A stretch of 64,000 nt of DNA from Felis catus (Eukaryota): contig NC_058368.1 in NCBI RefSeq assembly GCF_018350175.1, positions 158,722,001 to 158,786,000 of the forward strand, in the 5' to 3' direction. Shown piece by piece: positions 24,070-37,059 of this stretch. Numbering within the stretch: the stretch's first letter is position 1; every line of letters starts with the position of its first letter. A program made the translations under genes and the position numbers. The notes below the pieces were generated by a model that was not told where the DNA came from, did no database searches, and saw only the letters and a program-made list of their open reading frames with translations.

Positions 24070-24840
24070 TTTGAAAATTTATACTCTGCTTTAAAGATTA
24101 TCTCTTTGTCATTGGTTTTAAGCAACTTGATTATGATGTGCTTGGGTGTAGTTTCTTCATGTTTCTTTTGCTTGGGTTTGTTGAACTTCTTAGATCTGTG
24201 AGTTTATAGTTTCCATCACATTTGTAAAAAATTCAGACTTTATTTCTTCAAATATGTTTTCTCTCCTTTCTCTTTTCTCTTTAGACATTCTAATTAGACA
24301 TATATTGGGTTACTAGAAGTTAACTTACAGTTTCCTGATGCTCTATTCATTTTTTTTTCTGTCTTTTTTCTTTTTGTGTTTCCTTTTGGATGGTTTCTAT
24401 TGATATGTATGTCTTCAGGTTCACTAATATTTTCATCTGAAGTATCTAGTCTGCCATTAGTCTAATCTGAAATATATTTCAGATATTTTTAGTTTTTACA
24501 TCTAGAGTTTGATTTAGGTTTGGCATATCTTTTACATCTAAACATAACATGTGCAGTTTTCCTGTAGTTTATTTATATATGGGATATAGTAATGACAGCT
24601 GATTTAATGTCCTTATGTCTTAAATTTATCATCTGTGTCAGTTCTGGGCTATTTTTGATGATTAATTTTTCTCTGCTTTACGGTTTATACTCTCCTGCTT
24701 CTTTGTCTGTCTGGTAATTTTTTATTAGATGCCAGACATTGTAATTTTAGTTTATTGGGTATTGTATATTTTTGTATCTAAAATAGTCTTGAGCTTTGTC
24801 TATGACTCAGTTAAGTTTCTTATGGATAGTTTCATTTTTT
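24070..24840 (-). mobile_element. Old L1 ORF1/5' region
   Basis: TTGATTATGATGTGCTTGGGTGTAG..TTATTTCTTCAAATAT..TCTTCAGGTTCACT; same type as 55830-56900 in the opposite orientation. Confidence 0.75.
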
Positions 24841-25209
24841 TCTGGGTGACATGGACATTTAAGATGGTGAACAGAAAGGAAGGAAATATCAGGGAATAAA
24901 GCTGTAAGGAGAGAATTATCTTGGAAGCCAAAGGGATAATTTTAAGAGATAGAGGAAGTATACAGGTCACACGCTGTTTTTATTTGATGGAGAGAATATT
25001 CTGCAATCTTGTGAGCAAAAATAGGATTATAAAGGGTTGAGGAGTTAGTGAAGGGATATAGTGGAGCAGAGAGTAGATGATGATGGTGATTCTTCTTCAT
25101 CCTTTTCTCCTTCTCCTCTTCCTTCTTATCTCTTAGATTCTTTTTCTTCTTATATTTTTCTCCATTCCTTTAACAAATAGATCAACAGCCTTAAGATGAA
25201 ATATACTCT

Positions 25210-25436
25210 ATTTTTATTTATTTATTTTTTTTTCAACGTTTATTTATTTTTGGGACAGAGAGAGACAGAGCATGAACGGGGGAGGGGCAGAGAGAGAGGG
25301 AGACACAGAATCAGAAACAGGCTCCAGGCTCTGAGCCATCAGCCCAGAGCCCAATGCGGGGCTCGAACTCACGGACCGCGAGATCGTGACCTGGCTGAAG
25401 TCGGACGCTCAACCGACTGCGCCACCCAGGCGCCCC
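25210..25436 (-). mobile_element. Young felid SINEC_Fc
   Basis: CpG-rich, diagnostic GACCTGGCTGAAG. Confidence 0.96.
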
Positions 25437-28169
25437 ATATTTTTAAAACATATACTTTAAAAATTCAGACATTATGCAGAGATTTAAATATTTTTACTTT
25501 AGGAAGTTGTTGGTAAGTACCAGCCTTTATTTAATTGAGTATATTTTTAGAGATTGGAAGTACAACTTTAGGTTTCAAAGTATAGAGGAAAATCCTAAGT
25601 AAGTTTCACATTGTTACTGTGTGCAGAGTTTCTGGTCCAAAATAGCAGCTTCAGTTCCTTTCTATATAACATATTATTATAATTTCATATATAGCATCAG
25701 CCTTTACTGTTAGCAGTAAAATAGGAATTGGTGACAGCCATAGAAGACCAAAGAATTCCTTTATATATTTCTTCACTAAAAAAATTAAAAAAAAATTTTT
25801 AAATAGATACACTAGAACAATAAGAGTGAAATTTAAAAAAAAAATTAGGGGAATTTATCAGAGGGCATTTTCTTTTGATAAGAAAATAGTGAAGATTTGT
25901 GCATGGTCTTGAGCATGGCATAACCACATAATGGGTAGTTTATTGCAAATGTGTTTAGTAATAAATAGGTTGTGAAATTAGATCTAAGGAGATGGATTCA
26001 CTAGTGTTAAAAATAGTTCTAAAAGTCTTATTAACAATTTTTGCTTTTGACTTTTTCTATTACTAATATTATTAGCCTGTGATCTTAAGCAAGTTACTTA
26101 AATTCTCTAATCTTCACTTTTTTTACTTGTAAATTATAATAAACTTTGACCATGAAGTTACATAGGCTGGTTTCATGCAAAGCAAATGATAAACAAAAGT
26201 GTGACATATCTTGAACTAGTCATGGTATTTCATTGCTATTAAATATCCTGTTATGACTGAAACTAATTGGGTTATAATTGTTTTATTAACTTATTTCATC
26301 CTGAATAACATCCTGTTACTGATTTTCTACCCTAAATGTACAGAACAGGGTTATTTTAATATAACAATTCTACTTGAAGAGAATATAGGCAATGCAGAGC
26401 TGTTCCTGGAATGCGATACTATTGGGGAATAAATGGGTACATATTAGGGGCTTTGGCCACATTCTTGAGATCTTTGTGATCAGCCACTTTATAAAATAGA
26501 GTTATAATCTCATACCCTATTGAAAGTGAGTAAAGATAATTATTAGTGAAATAGAAATGTTGACTCTCTTTGCTTTACTGCCTGTGTACATTTTGTGAAG
26601 AAAGGAGAAATAAGGAAGAAGGACGTGGTGATATTAGAGTGCTTTACTGGCGAATAATTTGTTCTTGTGATCTATTTGGTAACAGAAGGATTTACTTTAA
26701 TAATTTTCTATTTTATTTTGATGCTTCCTAAAGCCAATTCATTCCTAGTACTTTAAAGAATTACAAAAAATATTTACTAAAATTTTAAATGATAAATTCA
26801 TGCATTATAAGGAATTGAGAACTTAATGTTACAGAAAAAGTAGGATCACAGAATTTTATGAGGAAATGTTTGATTAGAAATAACACTGGTATTACATAGA
26901 GCAGACATTGTATATGTTAATTTATAGTAAATAAAAAAAGGTAGATGCTATTATGGATCACATGAATAGTCTATTTTGTGTTTAAACCTTTTCTGGGAAA
27001 AATATTAGTAATCTTTCCCAAGAAACTGAAGTAATTTTGTTACTCTGCCCACAGAGTGTAATTCTCATTTTATTTTTTACATGATAAAGGCAAAAGTGTC
27101 AGGAAAAATTTTACAACGCTATCATGATACCTTGGAAGTCAGGAATATCAGAATTTCACAAGTCTAATAAGATAGACACTGTAATGTCAATATTTGCGTA
27201 CTGATGAATGTGAGTTGTGAAACTTGGCTTCAGTTGCCAGATGCGTTAGAGCATTACAATTTAAAATTACATTAGTAATGAAAATTAATGAACTTAAAAT
27301 TTCCACTTTTGAAAAACAGCCCTACCCAACTTGCACTTTTTTTGAGAAAAATAATTTTAGATAATTTTGGCAAGTGCTGATTAAATATTTGAATCTGATT
27401 TGGTTCACATAGGGCACAATTTATTCATTACATTAACTGCAATGTAAATAAATGAATACTACAGTCATTTACTTTGTTTAGTATAACTAAAAAATTAAGT
27501 ATAAAGTGAAATACATTTGTAGAAATGGAAAGGTAATGAGGAATCCTATGCACAAAACACAACATTCTTGTGTCTGACCTTCACATTTTTCTGAAATTTA
27601 ATTACATTATCTGAATTTTATTTCTTGTGTAATTATATAAAATGTAATGTTTTAAATATAATTTTTGCTCATGGTTTCATTTCCTTAAAGTATTCATGTA
27701 TTCCTTTAATTTCTAAGTCAAAACTTGTACTTTAATCACCTTTGTTGATAAGGATATTTTTAAAATAATATTGAGAGAAGCTGTAATTCTCTGTCAGTGA
27801 CCTCAATATCATTTTCCTTCTGACATAAAACTATTGTAGATATTATTACAAATTTGACAGTAAATAGACTAAATCACAGTTTTAACTGTTACATAAAAAT
27901 AATGTATTACCTGAGCTTTAATCAAGTGGCACTTATTTCACTGTTGTTTTCTCACTTTTCAATGTTTTTTATATCTTGTTGATGGGTATATATCAAAAAG
28001 AATGAGAAGTGTGTCTTTAATAGACATCTGGGCATAGATAGGTTCTTTTAGTCTTTCATTAAAACTTAAAAATTAGGATTTCAAATGACATTTTCAATGA
28101 TAATTAAATTTCATATTTACTACCTTAAATACATTTATGTATATTGTTCACATACAATTGAAAATGTGT

Positions 28170-28765
28170 GGATGACACCAAAAGCACAAAATGGAAACTT
28201 TGATATATTGGACCCCACCAAAATTTAAAACTTCTACCCTATGAAAGACCCTGTTAAAAGGATTAAATTACAAATTACAAACTGGGAGAAAATATTACAA
28301 ATTGCAAATTTAACAAATGAATTCTATTTAAACAAATAGCTCTCAAAACTCACATTAGAAAAAATCTAATTAGGGGAACCTGGGTGGCTCAGTCGGTTAA
28401 GTGTCCTAGTCTTGATTTCGATCTCATGGTCATGGGATCAAGACCTGCATCAGGCTCCGTGCTGAGTGTGGGGCCTGCTTGGGATTCTCTCTCTCCCTCT
28501 CTCTCTGCCCTCCCCCACTCATGTGCTCATGCGCTCTCTCTTCTCTCTCAAAATAAATAAATGAACATTTAAAAAAACAGAAAAAGAAAAAATCCAATTA
28601 GAACATGGGCATAACATATAGAGACATCTTACTAGAAAAGACTTACAAATATCAAATAAGCACATAAGATGATCAACATTGACTTCATGTCTGCTAGAGA
28701 AATGCATTTTAAAATCACAAGATACCACTACACAGATTTTAAAGGCTAAAATTAAAAAAAAATTC
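28170..28765 (+). mobile_element. L1 ORF2 3' fragment
   Basis: ATGACACCAAAAGCACAA, CTGGGAGAAAATATT, GAGAAATGCATTTTAAAATCACAAGATACCACT. Confidence 0.8.
28373..28590 (+). mobile_element. Can-SINE inserted in L1
   Basis: TSD-like AGAAAAAATC(T/C)AATTAG. Confidence 0.93.
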
Positions 28766-29447
28766 AAAATGGGAGGTGAGTTATTTGGAGGGAAGATTGA
28801 TAGCTATAGTTACTGAATGCAAATAAAATAGATGATATAAAATTAAATAAATGACATACATCTAAAATTAAATTGATAACATACTAAAGAACTCTAAATA
28901 AGCATGCATATAATACTTTATATCTGTGTAGTAACCACAGATGATAAACTTTTCTTTAGGCCCATCTTGTAATGGAAAGACTTATCAGGATCTTGATGCT
29001 TAGAGAAAATGTTAAAATTAGACACATTTCCTTATATATTTTCACTGGTAGCCATTATTGGAATATAGCACAGTACATGATATGTACCTTTCTTTTCTGC
29101 AGTAATTATGAAGAGCTATAGTTCAGTAGTCCTTTTTGTTTCAAATGTCTATAATACTTTTACTGAAGGGTGAAGTAAAAAACATCATCTTTGCTTTTCC
29201 TTTCAAGAGGAGAATTAGAAAATTTGGCCTGATATATGAAATCAATGATCAGAATATTACTATGCTTTAAAATTTTCCCATAGAATGGAAATGGAAATTG
29301 TTTAGTATGGAAAAGTTAAATTTGGAGTTGAGTTCTTAAGGCAAAAAAAAATTATTTGAAAAAGAGTTGAGGGGAATATCAGATCAAAATCATGGCAAGA
29401 ATTATGTGCAGTTACATACATAGTTTCTATGTACAGATGTATGTCAA

Positions 29448-29525
29448 AAAGAGGTGTATTTACAGGTAAAATAATGAAGCTTAAACTTTAGGGCCTCACA
29501 TTAAGGGCTTACATTAAGGCTGACG
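29448..29525 (+). mobile_element. MER63-like hAT fragment
   Basis: AGAGGTGTATTTAC..AATGAAGCTTAAACTTTAGGGCC. Confidence 0.5.
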
Positions 29526-29708
29526 TCTTGGAAAAAAAGACTAAATTAGCCTTTTGTCTATAGAAAATGATATTTCAAATAATTAATATTTTAAGAAGTG
29601 GTCAGAGAGTATGCAGCCAAAAATGTAAGAAGAAAATGTATTACAGCAATTGTTAGATAATAAAATTATTATCTTGATATTTGTGAAGTCTTTGTTCTAC
29701 CTTTCGGC

Positions 29709-29999
29709 TTTTTTTTTTTTTTTTTTTTTTCTTTTCTGAGAGGGAGAGAGAGAATCTCAGGAATCTCAAGCAGGCTCCAAACCCAGCATGAAGCCCCACA
29801 CGAAGCCCCACATGGGACCTATATCTAATGACTGTGAGGTTATGACCTGAGCCGAAATCAAGAGTTGAGCGCTTAACTGGCAGACCCACCCAGGCGCCCC
29901 TATTTTTCAGCTTTTTAACATGTCTGACTTGTTTTTGCTTTCTTTTCTTTTCTTTTTTTTTATATTATTTTCTTTAATGTTTATTGATTTACTTTTGAC

Positions 30000-30041
<42 letters not shown>

Positions 30042-30639
30042 CGAGCACGAGTGGGGGAGGGGCAGAGAGAGAGGGAGCACACAATCTGAAGCAAGCTCCA
30101 GGCTCTGAGCTGTCAGCACAGAGCCCGACGTGGGGCTCGAACTCACCGACTGCGAGATCATGACCCGAGAGGAAGTTGGACGCTCAACCAACTGAGCCAC
30201 CCAGGCACCCTGGCTTTTTTTTCTTTTCTTTTTTTTTTTTTTAATTAAAAAAAATTTTTTTTTCAACGTTTTTATTTATTTTTGGGACAGAGAGAGACAG
30301 AGCATGAGTGGGGGAGGGGGCAGAGAAAGAGGGAGACACAGAATCGGAAACAGGCTCCAGGCTCCGAGCCATCAGCCCAGAGCCTGACGCGGGGCTCGAG
30401 CTCACAGACCGCGAGATCGTGACCTGGCTGAAGTCGGACGCTTAACCGACTGTGCCACCCAGGCACCCCTCTTTTCTTAAAGCTTATTTATTTATGTTGA
30501 GAGAGAGAGAGGAGGAGGGAGAGAGAATCCCAAGCCGTCTCAGTCTCAACTCAGGGCTCAAACTCAAGAACCTTGAGATCATGACCTGAGCCAAAACCAA
30601 GAGTCGGGTGCTTAACTGACTGCACCACCCAGACGCCCC
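29709..30639 (-). mobile_element. Four tandem Can-SINEs (29709-29900, 29940-30210, 30215-30469 young Fc type, 30484-30639)
   Basis: Four heads ending (C)ACCCAG(G/A)C(G/A)CCC, each with a T-rich tail. Confidence 0.95.
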
Positions 30640-30789
30640 TCTTCTCATTTCTTTAAACAAAGTATTTATTGCCATTCTAAAGAACACTAGCATGGCACTG
30701 TAAAATCTTAGGACAGCTTGCTATGAGGGGGAAATCTCTGCAGTGTCCTGCAGAGATACCACTTTTCCTCCTTAGACTTTGGAGGCATT

Positions 30790-30955
30790 TCAGTGTAGTT
30801 GGGGCCTGCAGCCGGATTGCTGGGATTTAAATCCTGGCTTTGTCTCTAAAAATGCCAATAATAATCATACACTTAAGATTGGTGAATACATTAAAAAGTG
30901 CTTTTACAGAATGTGACATATAGTAAATACACAGTAGATGTGTTATTACTATAAT
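30790..30955 (+). mobile_element. MIR, internally deleted
   Basis: GGATTTAAATCCTGGCT..AAAGTGCTT..ACATATAGTAA. Confidence 0.55.
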
Positions 30956-31131
30956 GGTAGAAGAATAATAGATAATTTGGGGACCTTGGTTTCTCAACAG
31001 GGGATGTAGCAGGTCTTGTTTCTCTCCAGGAAGCTTCAGGTATTTTTGGAACATCATTTCACCTGTCTGCAGTCAGACAGACATAAGAGGATTTGATCAT
31101 ATTTATGGGGACCTTTAAAAGCATGACTTCC

Positions 31132-31344
31132 GGGGCGCCTGGGTGGCGCAGTCGGTTAAGCGTCCGACTTCAGCCAGGTCACGATCTAGCGGTCGGTGAG
31201 TTTGAGCCCCGCGTCAGGCTCTGGGCTGATGGCTCAGAGCCTGGAGCCTGTTTCCGATTTTGTGTCTCTCTCTCTCTATGCCCCTCCCCCGTTCATGCTC
31301 TGTCTCTCTCTGTCCCAAAAATAAATAAACGTTGAAAAAAAAAA
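31132..31344 (+). mobile_element. Young felid SINEC_Fc
   Basis: TSD AAAAG(C/T)ATGA(C/T)TTCC. Confidence 0.96.
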
Positions 31345-32677
31345 GTATGATTTCCTCATGAAAATGATTTATTGAAGGTAGTTAACCTTATGGCAGTATT
31401 AAGTCTTCCAAGTTTGTGTGAAAGAAAATCATGGATAGGATTTGGATTGTGAACTTGATTGTGAGCACTAATTATTGACTAATTTTAAACAATTTCTACT
31501 CTGAAATGTTTTTTATAGAAATTTCTGTGTAGCATCTTATTGTTGTATAATTCTACATCTCTTCTAAATGTATTTCTGCTTAGTTATATCAGACATTTTA
31601 AGTGAGAAAGTTGTTTTTAAACCCTATTATATGATTACACGTTGTTTGGCAGTAGGCAAAGATGAAGTGACTGAGTTGAGGGGAAGAAAGTATTTAGAGT
31701 CTACCAGGTAGGTTTGGAGGAGAGGATAAGATGAGTTTGGAGGTAGAGCAATGATGGAATTTGGCTCAAGTGAATGGGTAAGTGCTTCTGAAGTGCTTGC
31801 TGATTTCAAGTTCAGGGTAGTAAGCAACCTTGGTGAGTGTCCAAAGAAAGTGGAAGAGCTGTTCTGAGACTTATTCAAGAAGAATTTCATTTCTTCTGTG
31901 GTGGTGCCACCGCATGTGGTAACTGCCTTTTGCAAAGGGGATGACAACGAACCAGGATTGTGTGGTAAACCTGGTCAATTTGGATTCTATGACTAAATGA
32001 ACACAGGTAGTTTGTGTCATAAAGTTTCTCATGCACAGGTCAAAGAATCTTTGCATTCAAAACAAGTGACTGAGAATTTTATAATATGGCTGAATCTCAA
32101 GATGCAAAGAAGATTGTAGTTTACAGATCCTATCCTAAAGAATAGTTTAATCCTCTGCTTGTGGAAAAACAAGAGGCCAACTAGAAACTTCTATTGGCAA
32201 TTTTCCTTAATAGTTCATTAAAACCTCTCATTTTTCTATTTTGTGAAACATTTATATATATACTATGGTGATTTGGAGTAAAATAGGAAGCAAGAGTTAT
32301 ATCTCTAGTTATGACAGTCAGTGTGAGATGGCTGTCAGGTATGTGCTGATGATGAAAAATGCTACATCATGCAAAGAAATTTTCTGTGTCATAGTATGTT
32401 TAGACCCCCGTTGCAAAATGCTCTACTAGTATGTATGTTTTGCAAGAGTCTTCTAAAGTGTAGAATCTATGCTAAGAACGTATAATATCCTATTCTGTTT
32501 TCATCCCTTTGCTTCAGGTTTGAGTTTGCATTCCTTATGATCTCTCATTTTAGGAACTAGCCTTAAGCAACTAGACCCTTGCTGCTGCCACTCTTGGAGA
32601 GAGGAAAAACAAAGGAAATAGAGTTATACAATTTAAAAAGGGAATTTAACAATACAACAGATTTCAAGCTATTTTAA

Positions 32678-32993
32678 TTCCTCCCTCCCTTTCTTCCTTC
32701 CTTCTTTTTCTTCCTTCCTTCCTTCCTTCCTTCCTTCCTTCTTTCCTTCCTTCCTTCCTTCCTTCCTTCCTTCCTTCCCTTCCTTTCCTTCCTTCCTTTC
32801 CTTTTCCTTTCTTCTTCCCTTCCTTTCCTTCCTTCCTTCCTTCCTTCCTTCCTTCCTTCCTTCCTTCCTTCCTTCCTTTCTTCCTTCCCTTCCTTTCCTT
32901 CCTTCCCTTCCTTTCCTTCCTTCCTTCCTTCCTTCCTTCCTTCCTTCCTTCCTTCCTTCCTTCCTTCCTTCCTTCCTTCCTTCCTTCCTTCCT
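32678..32993. repeat. ~315-bp (CCTT)n/(CTTT)n pure-pyrimidine tract
   Basis: Seen directly. Confidence 0.97.
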
Positions 32994-33384
32994 TTTTAAA
33001 GTCTGGAACCACTTAGGTTTATATGGAACCCTAACAGGAAGATGAGAAATGCTGCTTTGGTGGAAGCGTGAATGAGGCAGTGCTTTATCTTCTTCCTAGT
33101 TGTGATTCTGGGGAAAATAATTTGAAAACAAATAATTTGATTAATTATATTTAAGAGTGAGATCTAGATGTTTAAACAACTTGCTTCTGTTTCTGAGTTT
33201 CACCCCTAGGATAATGTGAGTGTGCTTAAAACTCTTTTGATAATGGGGAAGTTCTTGACATGGATTGCCAAATCTAGTCTTTGAAGTTTTAAATTTTCTT
33301 CTATTTCTCACTTGCTTTTGAACTATCTAAATATTATATTTGAAAATGGTAGCAAAATTATATGAGTCAGTTTTGTTACCCACT

Positions 33385-33638
33385 TTTATTTTTTTTTAAG
33401 TTTTTAAAAATATTCACTTTTGACAGAGAGAGACAGAGAGAGAGCGAGAGAGAGAGAGAGAGAGAGAGCGAGCATGAGTGGGGGAGGGGCGGAGAGAGAG
33501 GGAGACACAGAATCCAAAGCAGGCTCCAGGCTCTGAGCTGTCATCACAGAGCCTGACGCGGGGCTTGAACTCACAGATGGAGAGATCATGACCTGAGCCA
33601 AAGTCGGACGCTCAACAGACTGAACCACCCTGGTGCCT
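33385..33638 (-). mobile_element. Can-SINE
   Basis: TSD TACCCACTTTT. Confidence 0.95.
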
Positions 33639-34669
33639 CTACCCACTTTTCTTTGTAATTTAATTTAAGATCATATGTATTGTATATTCTCTTGCTGTAG
33701 TAAGTGAGGGAAAAGTTGGTGGATTTAAATTGACAAATTTTAGAAAAACCAAAACCTTTTTATTTTCTAAGACAAACCTTTATTGCATAATTGGAGTACA
33801 AATACATTAGTTGAAGGTTTATAAATTAACGTACCAGAAATGAAAGAGTTTACCAAATTCTTAAGAAATCATAAATTTGTGAAAAAAAAATTTGGTGCTT
33901 CTTATGCCAAAGCTATTTTCTGTTTCTTTTCTATGTTCTAAAGAACATAAACCTGAAATTAGCTTGGCAGTATGTCTATAGTAACGTTACTTTATCATGA
34001 AATAGTTGCCTACTCTAGAAAGCTCTTGTTCCTCTAGAGGGCAATGCTTCACTTTTATATTACTAATCTAGGCAGAAATTTAAGAATAGCTTTCTTTCTT
34101 AAGAGACTGGAGATGGTTTATTCTGCTCATTCTCTCTCTTTAAAAATATATTGTATAGCTGAGAGATTTAACAAGACATGTTTTTAACCAGAAAATATCC
34201 AAAATAATTAGAACTTCCATAAACTAATATTTAATTTGGAATTTTAAGGAAGATTTCTTTGGCTTTCCTTCTTTATTTTCTAAGAAAACATAGAGAGAAC
34301 TTGACCTATGCTCTAAATTTAGTTATAATTGAGTTCTCTTTTTCTGAAAGATAAACTTTCTTTCCCTCTTAAAAACATTTGGATTTAGGCTTCCAGATTG
34401 GCCATTTGACTTGCTAAAAACCAGAATAAAACAAAACCAAAAACCCAAAATAAGAACCAAAACAACCCAAAGACCAAAAGACCTTTCCTCTTTGTTCTAC
34501 TTTTCTATTTGTGTTTTTCATGCTACTTTAAGTTTTAGACTATTTCTCTTTTGCAATAGGTTTCTTTTTTTGTGGTATTTCCACAAAACAAATGACTTTA
34601 TTGAGAAAGCAAAAGCCATCTCCATTCAGTAAAGCCTTTTTTCCTAATGATAATTTGAACATTAAATAA

Positions 34670-34690
34670 TATTTGGGAGAGGGAGAGGGG

Positions 34691-34746
<56 letters not shown>

Positions 34747-34868
34747 CCCAAGCAGGCTGTGCACTGTCAGTGCAGATCCCTGCATGGGGCTCTATTCCAT
34801 GAATTGCAAGATAATGACCTGAGCCAAAATCAAGAGTCAGACACTTAACTGAGCCACCCAGGCACCCC
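34670..34868 (-). mobile_element. Can-SINE with long (GA)n
   Basis: Head ends GAGCCACCCAGGCACCCC. Confidence 0.92.
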
Positions 34869-34922
34869 ACCTACAGCCTACTTTTATCCCATCTCCTTTA
34901 AAAGCAAAACCAAATATATTAG

Positions 34923-35514
34923 TGTAGTAGGCAGAACTCTAAGATGGTCCCTAAGATTTCTGGCCCCTGGTGTACATACATACCTCTACCCAATTGTTCA
35001 AACACTGCTATGAAGGCATTCTGCAGATGGAATTAAGATGCCAAGTAGTTAATACATCTTAAAATAGGGAAATTGTCTGGGTGAGTGAGATCTAATCACA
35101 CGAGTCCTTTAAACATGTGTTTAGAGATCAGAGACAAGTGAGACAGATTTGAAATGTCTGAGGGATTCAATGTGAGAGAGGTTCTCCTTTGGTGATTTTG
35201 AGAAGGAAAGGGCTGTGGTGCAAGGACCTGAGACTGGCCTCTAGTTACTGAGACTGATCTCCAGTTGATAGTCAGCAAGAAAACCAGGACTTCAGTCCTA
35301 CAACCACAAGAAACTGAATTCTGAAAGTAGACCTGAGCTCAGTTGAGAATGAAGCCCAGGCAACATCTTGATTTTAACTTTGTAAGATCCTGAATAGAGG
35401 CCCAGTCAAGCTGTGCACAGACTTCTGACCGACAAAGGTGTAGGATAATAAATGAAAGTTGTTTAAAGCCTCTAAGTTTCAGTTTATTTGTTTTACAGCA
35501 GTAGAAAACTAACA
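34923..35514 (+). mobile_element. MLT1E-like MaLR LTR
   Basis: TGTAGTAGGCAGAACTCTAAGATGG start, CAGTCCTACAACCACAAGAAACTGAATTCTG, end GCAGTAGAAAACTAACA. Confidence 0.85.
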
Positions 35515-35517
35515 AAT

Positions 35518-35616
35518 TGAGACACCTAAGTGGCTCAGTCGGTTAAGCGTCTGACTCTTGATTTCGGCTCAGGTCAAGATCTCATGGTTGGTGAGTTTGA
35601 GCCCTGTGTCGGGCTC
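35518..35616 (+). mobile_element. Can-SINE, 5' half only
   Basis: Head intact; breaks after GTCGGGCTC. Confidence 0.9.
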
Positions 35617-37059
35617 AATTCTGGAAGTAGACCTGAGCTCATATGAGAATTAAGCCCAGGCAACACCTTGATTTCAACTTTGTAAGTGGGAGGAAATACA
35701 GTTCAGCCCATAACAGACATGTTTACTTCAAGTTGTCTATGAACTTAGGCTCATACGGTGGCTGTTGGGATAGAAGGGGACAGATTAGCCAATAAAAATA
35801 AGAATCATTAAGATGAGTTATTTATATTGCAGGATAACATCTTTTTAAAACTTTAAAAAAAGGAAAAAAACTTTGTTCTGAACAGGAGGGTATATTTGAA
35901 CCTGTTACTTTTGAAACAATGAAAGAGTTCAAGTTCCATAGGTAAATGGTATTGGAGGCCTGAAGAAATGGATCTAGGAAAGATTTAAACCGAGGGCCTC
36001 CTGTGGAATGTTATATCTTCATTTCTTCTAGTTTCACAATGAACAGTCAGGAATGGGCTAGAGCTTTTAACATCAGTCACTAGCTTATATAGCAAATAAG
36101 CACAGTGAAGACTCATGTGAGGTAGTAATGAGGATGGCAAGACTGAACTACTCACCCTCTGTGGAACTCCTACTTGGACTATTTGTTTTTAGGGGGACTT
36201 GAGGGTGTGGGAAGCCTATTCTTTTATCTGGGGTTATGATGTGTTATTTCTTGCTTTGTGTTACTCTTTCTGTAAGTTTCCATATTCTTTGGTGGTTTGC
36301 ATTTTATATTTCTTATCTTTTTCTATTGGCATATTTTTAATCAATATCTCATAATCTCATGTGATAAATACGATAGGCTTGATGACAGGCCAGAATAGGA
36401 ATCATTCATTCTAGCAAACAGTCACCCAGTGTCATATGGTACCTGTTCCAAGAATACTCTCTAGTAGGTAATAGTGCAAGAATGTGTGAGCTGTCAATGG
36501 AAATAAAAGAAGAAAAAAAAAAAAGAAAATTTGGTTCCATGGGATGACTTCACTGAGAAGGGGTGTGAAATATCTCAGAAGATCTGTTTATAACAGCAGG
36601 GAAATATCGGGGGTTGTGGAGTGCCACCTAAACTTAGAGAGTAAAAATCATGAAATTCTGGCCAAAGAATAATTACAAAGAGGATCTGTCAAGAAGGATG
36701 TCATTGATGTCTTTAAGACAATACTTTCTTGTGTGGTGAAAATGGGGGTGATGGAGAGGATTGAAGTCAGTATGTGTTGAGATGGAGAGGTATTGTAATT
36801 AGTGAGAAGAGATTCAATTTTACCCCTCACAAAATTTATCATAATCTTTTATAAGATGTTTAATGTCCTCATTTTTTATTTATAGCTTACCAAACATTTT
36901 GAATTATCCTTATATTTCAATAGGCTATAGATCATATTTCAAATGATATTTAATGACCAAATTATGATTAAACCAAAAATTGCAGTTGTGCTTTACATTG
37001 GTTACTTCAAAATCCAATGCTTGGGTAAGCAGAGAGAATATAGGAATTCTTCTTTAAAA

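Noticed and set aside
32674..33012. 112-aa ORF of KEGR repeats
   Set aside because: Translation of the (CCTT)n microsatellite
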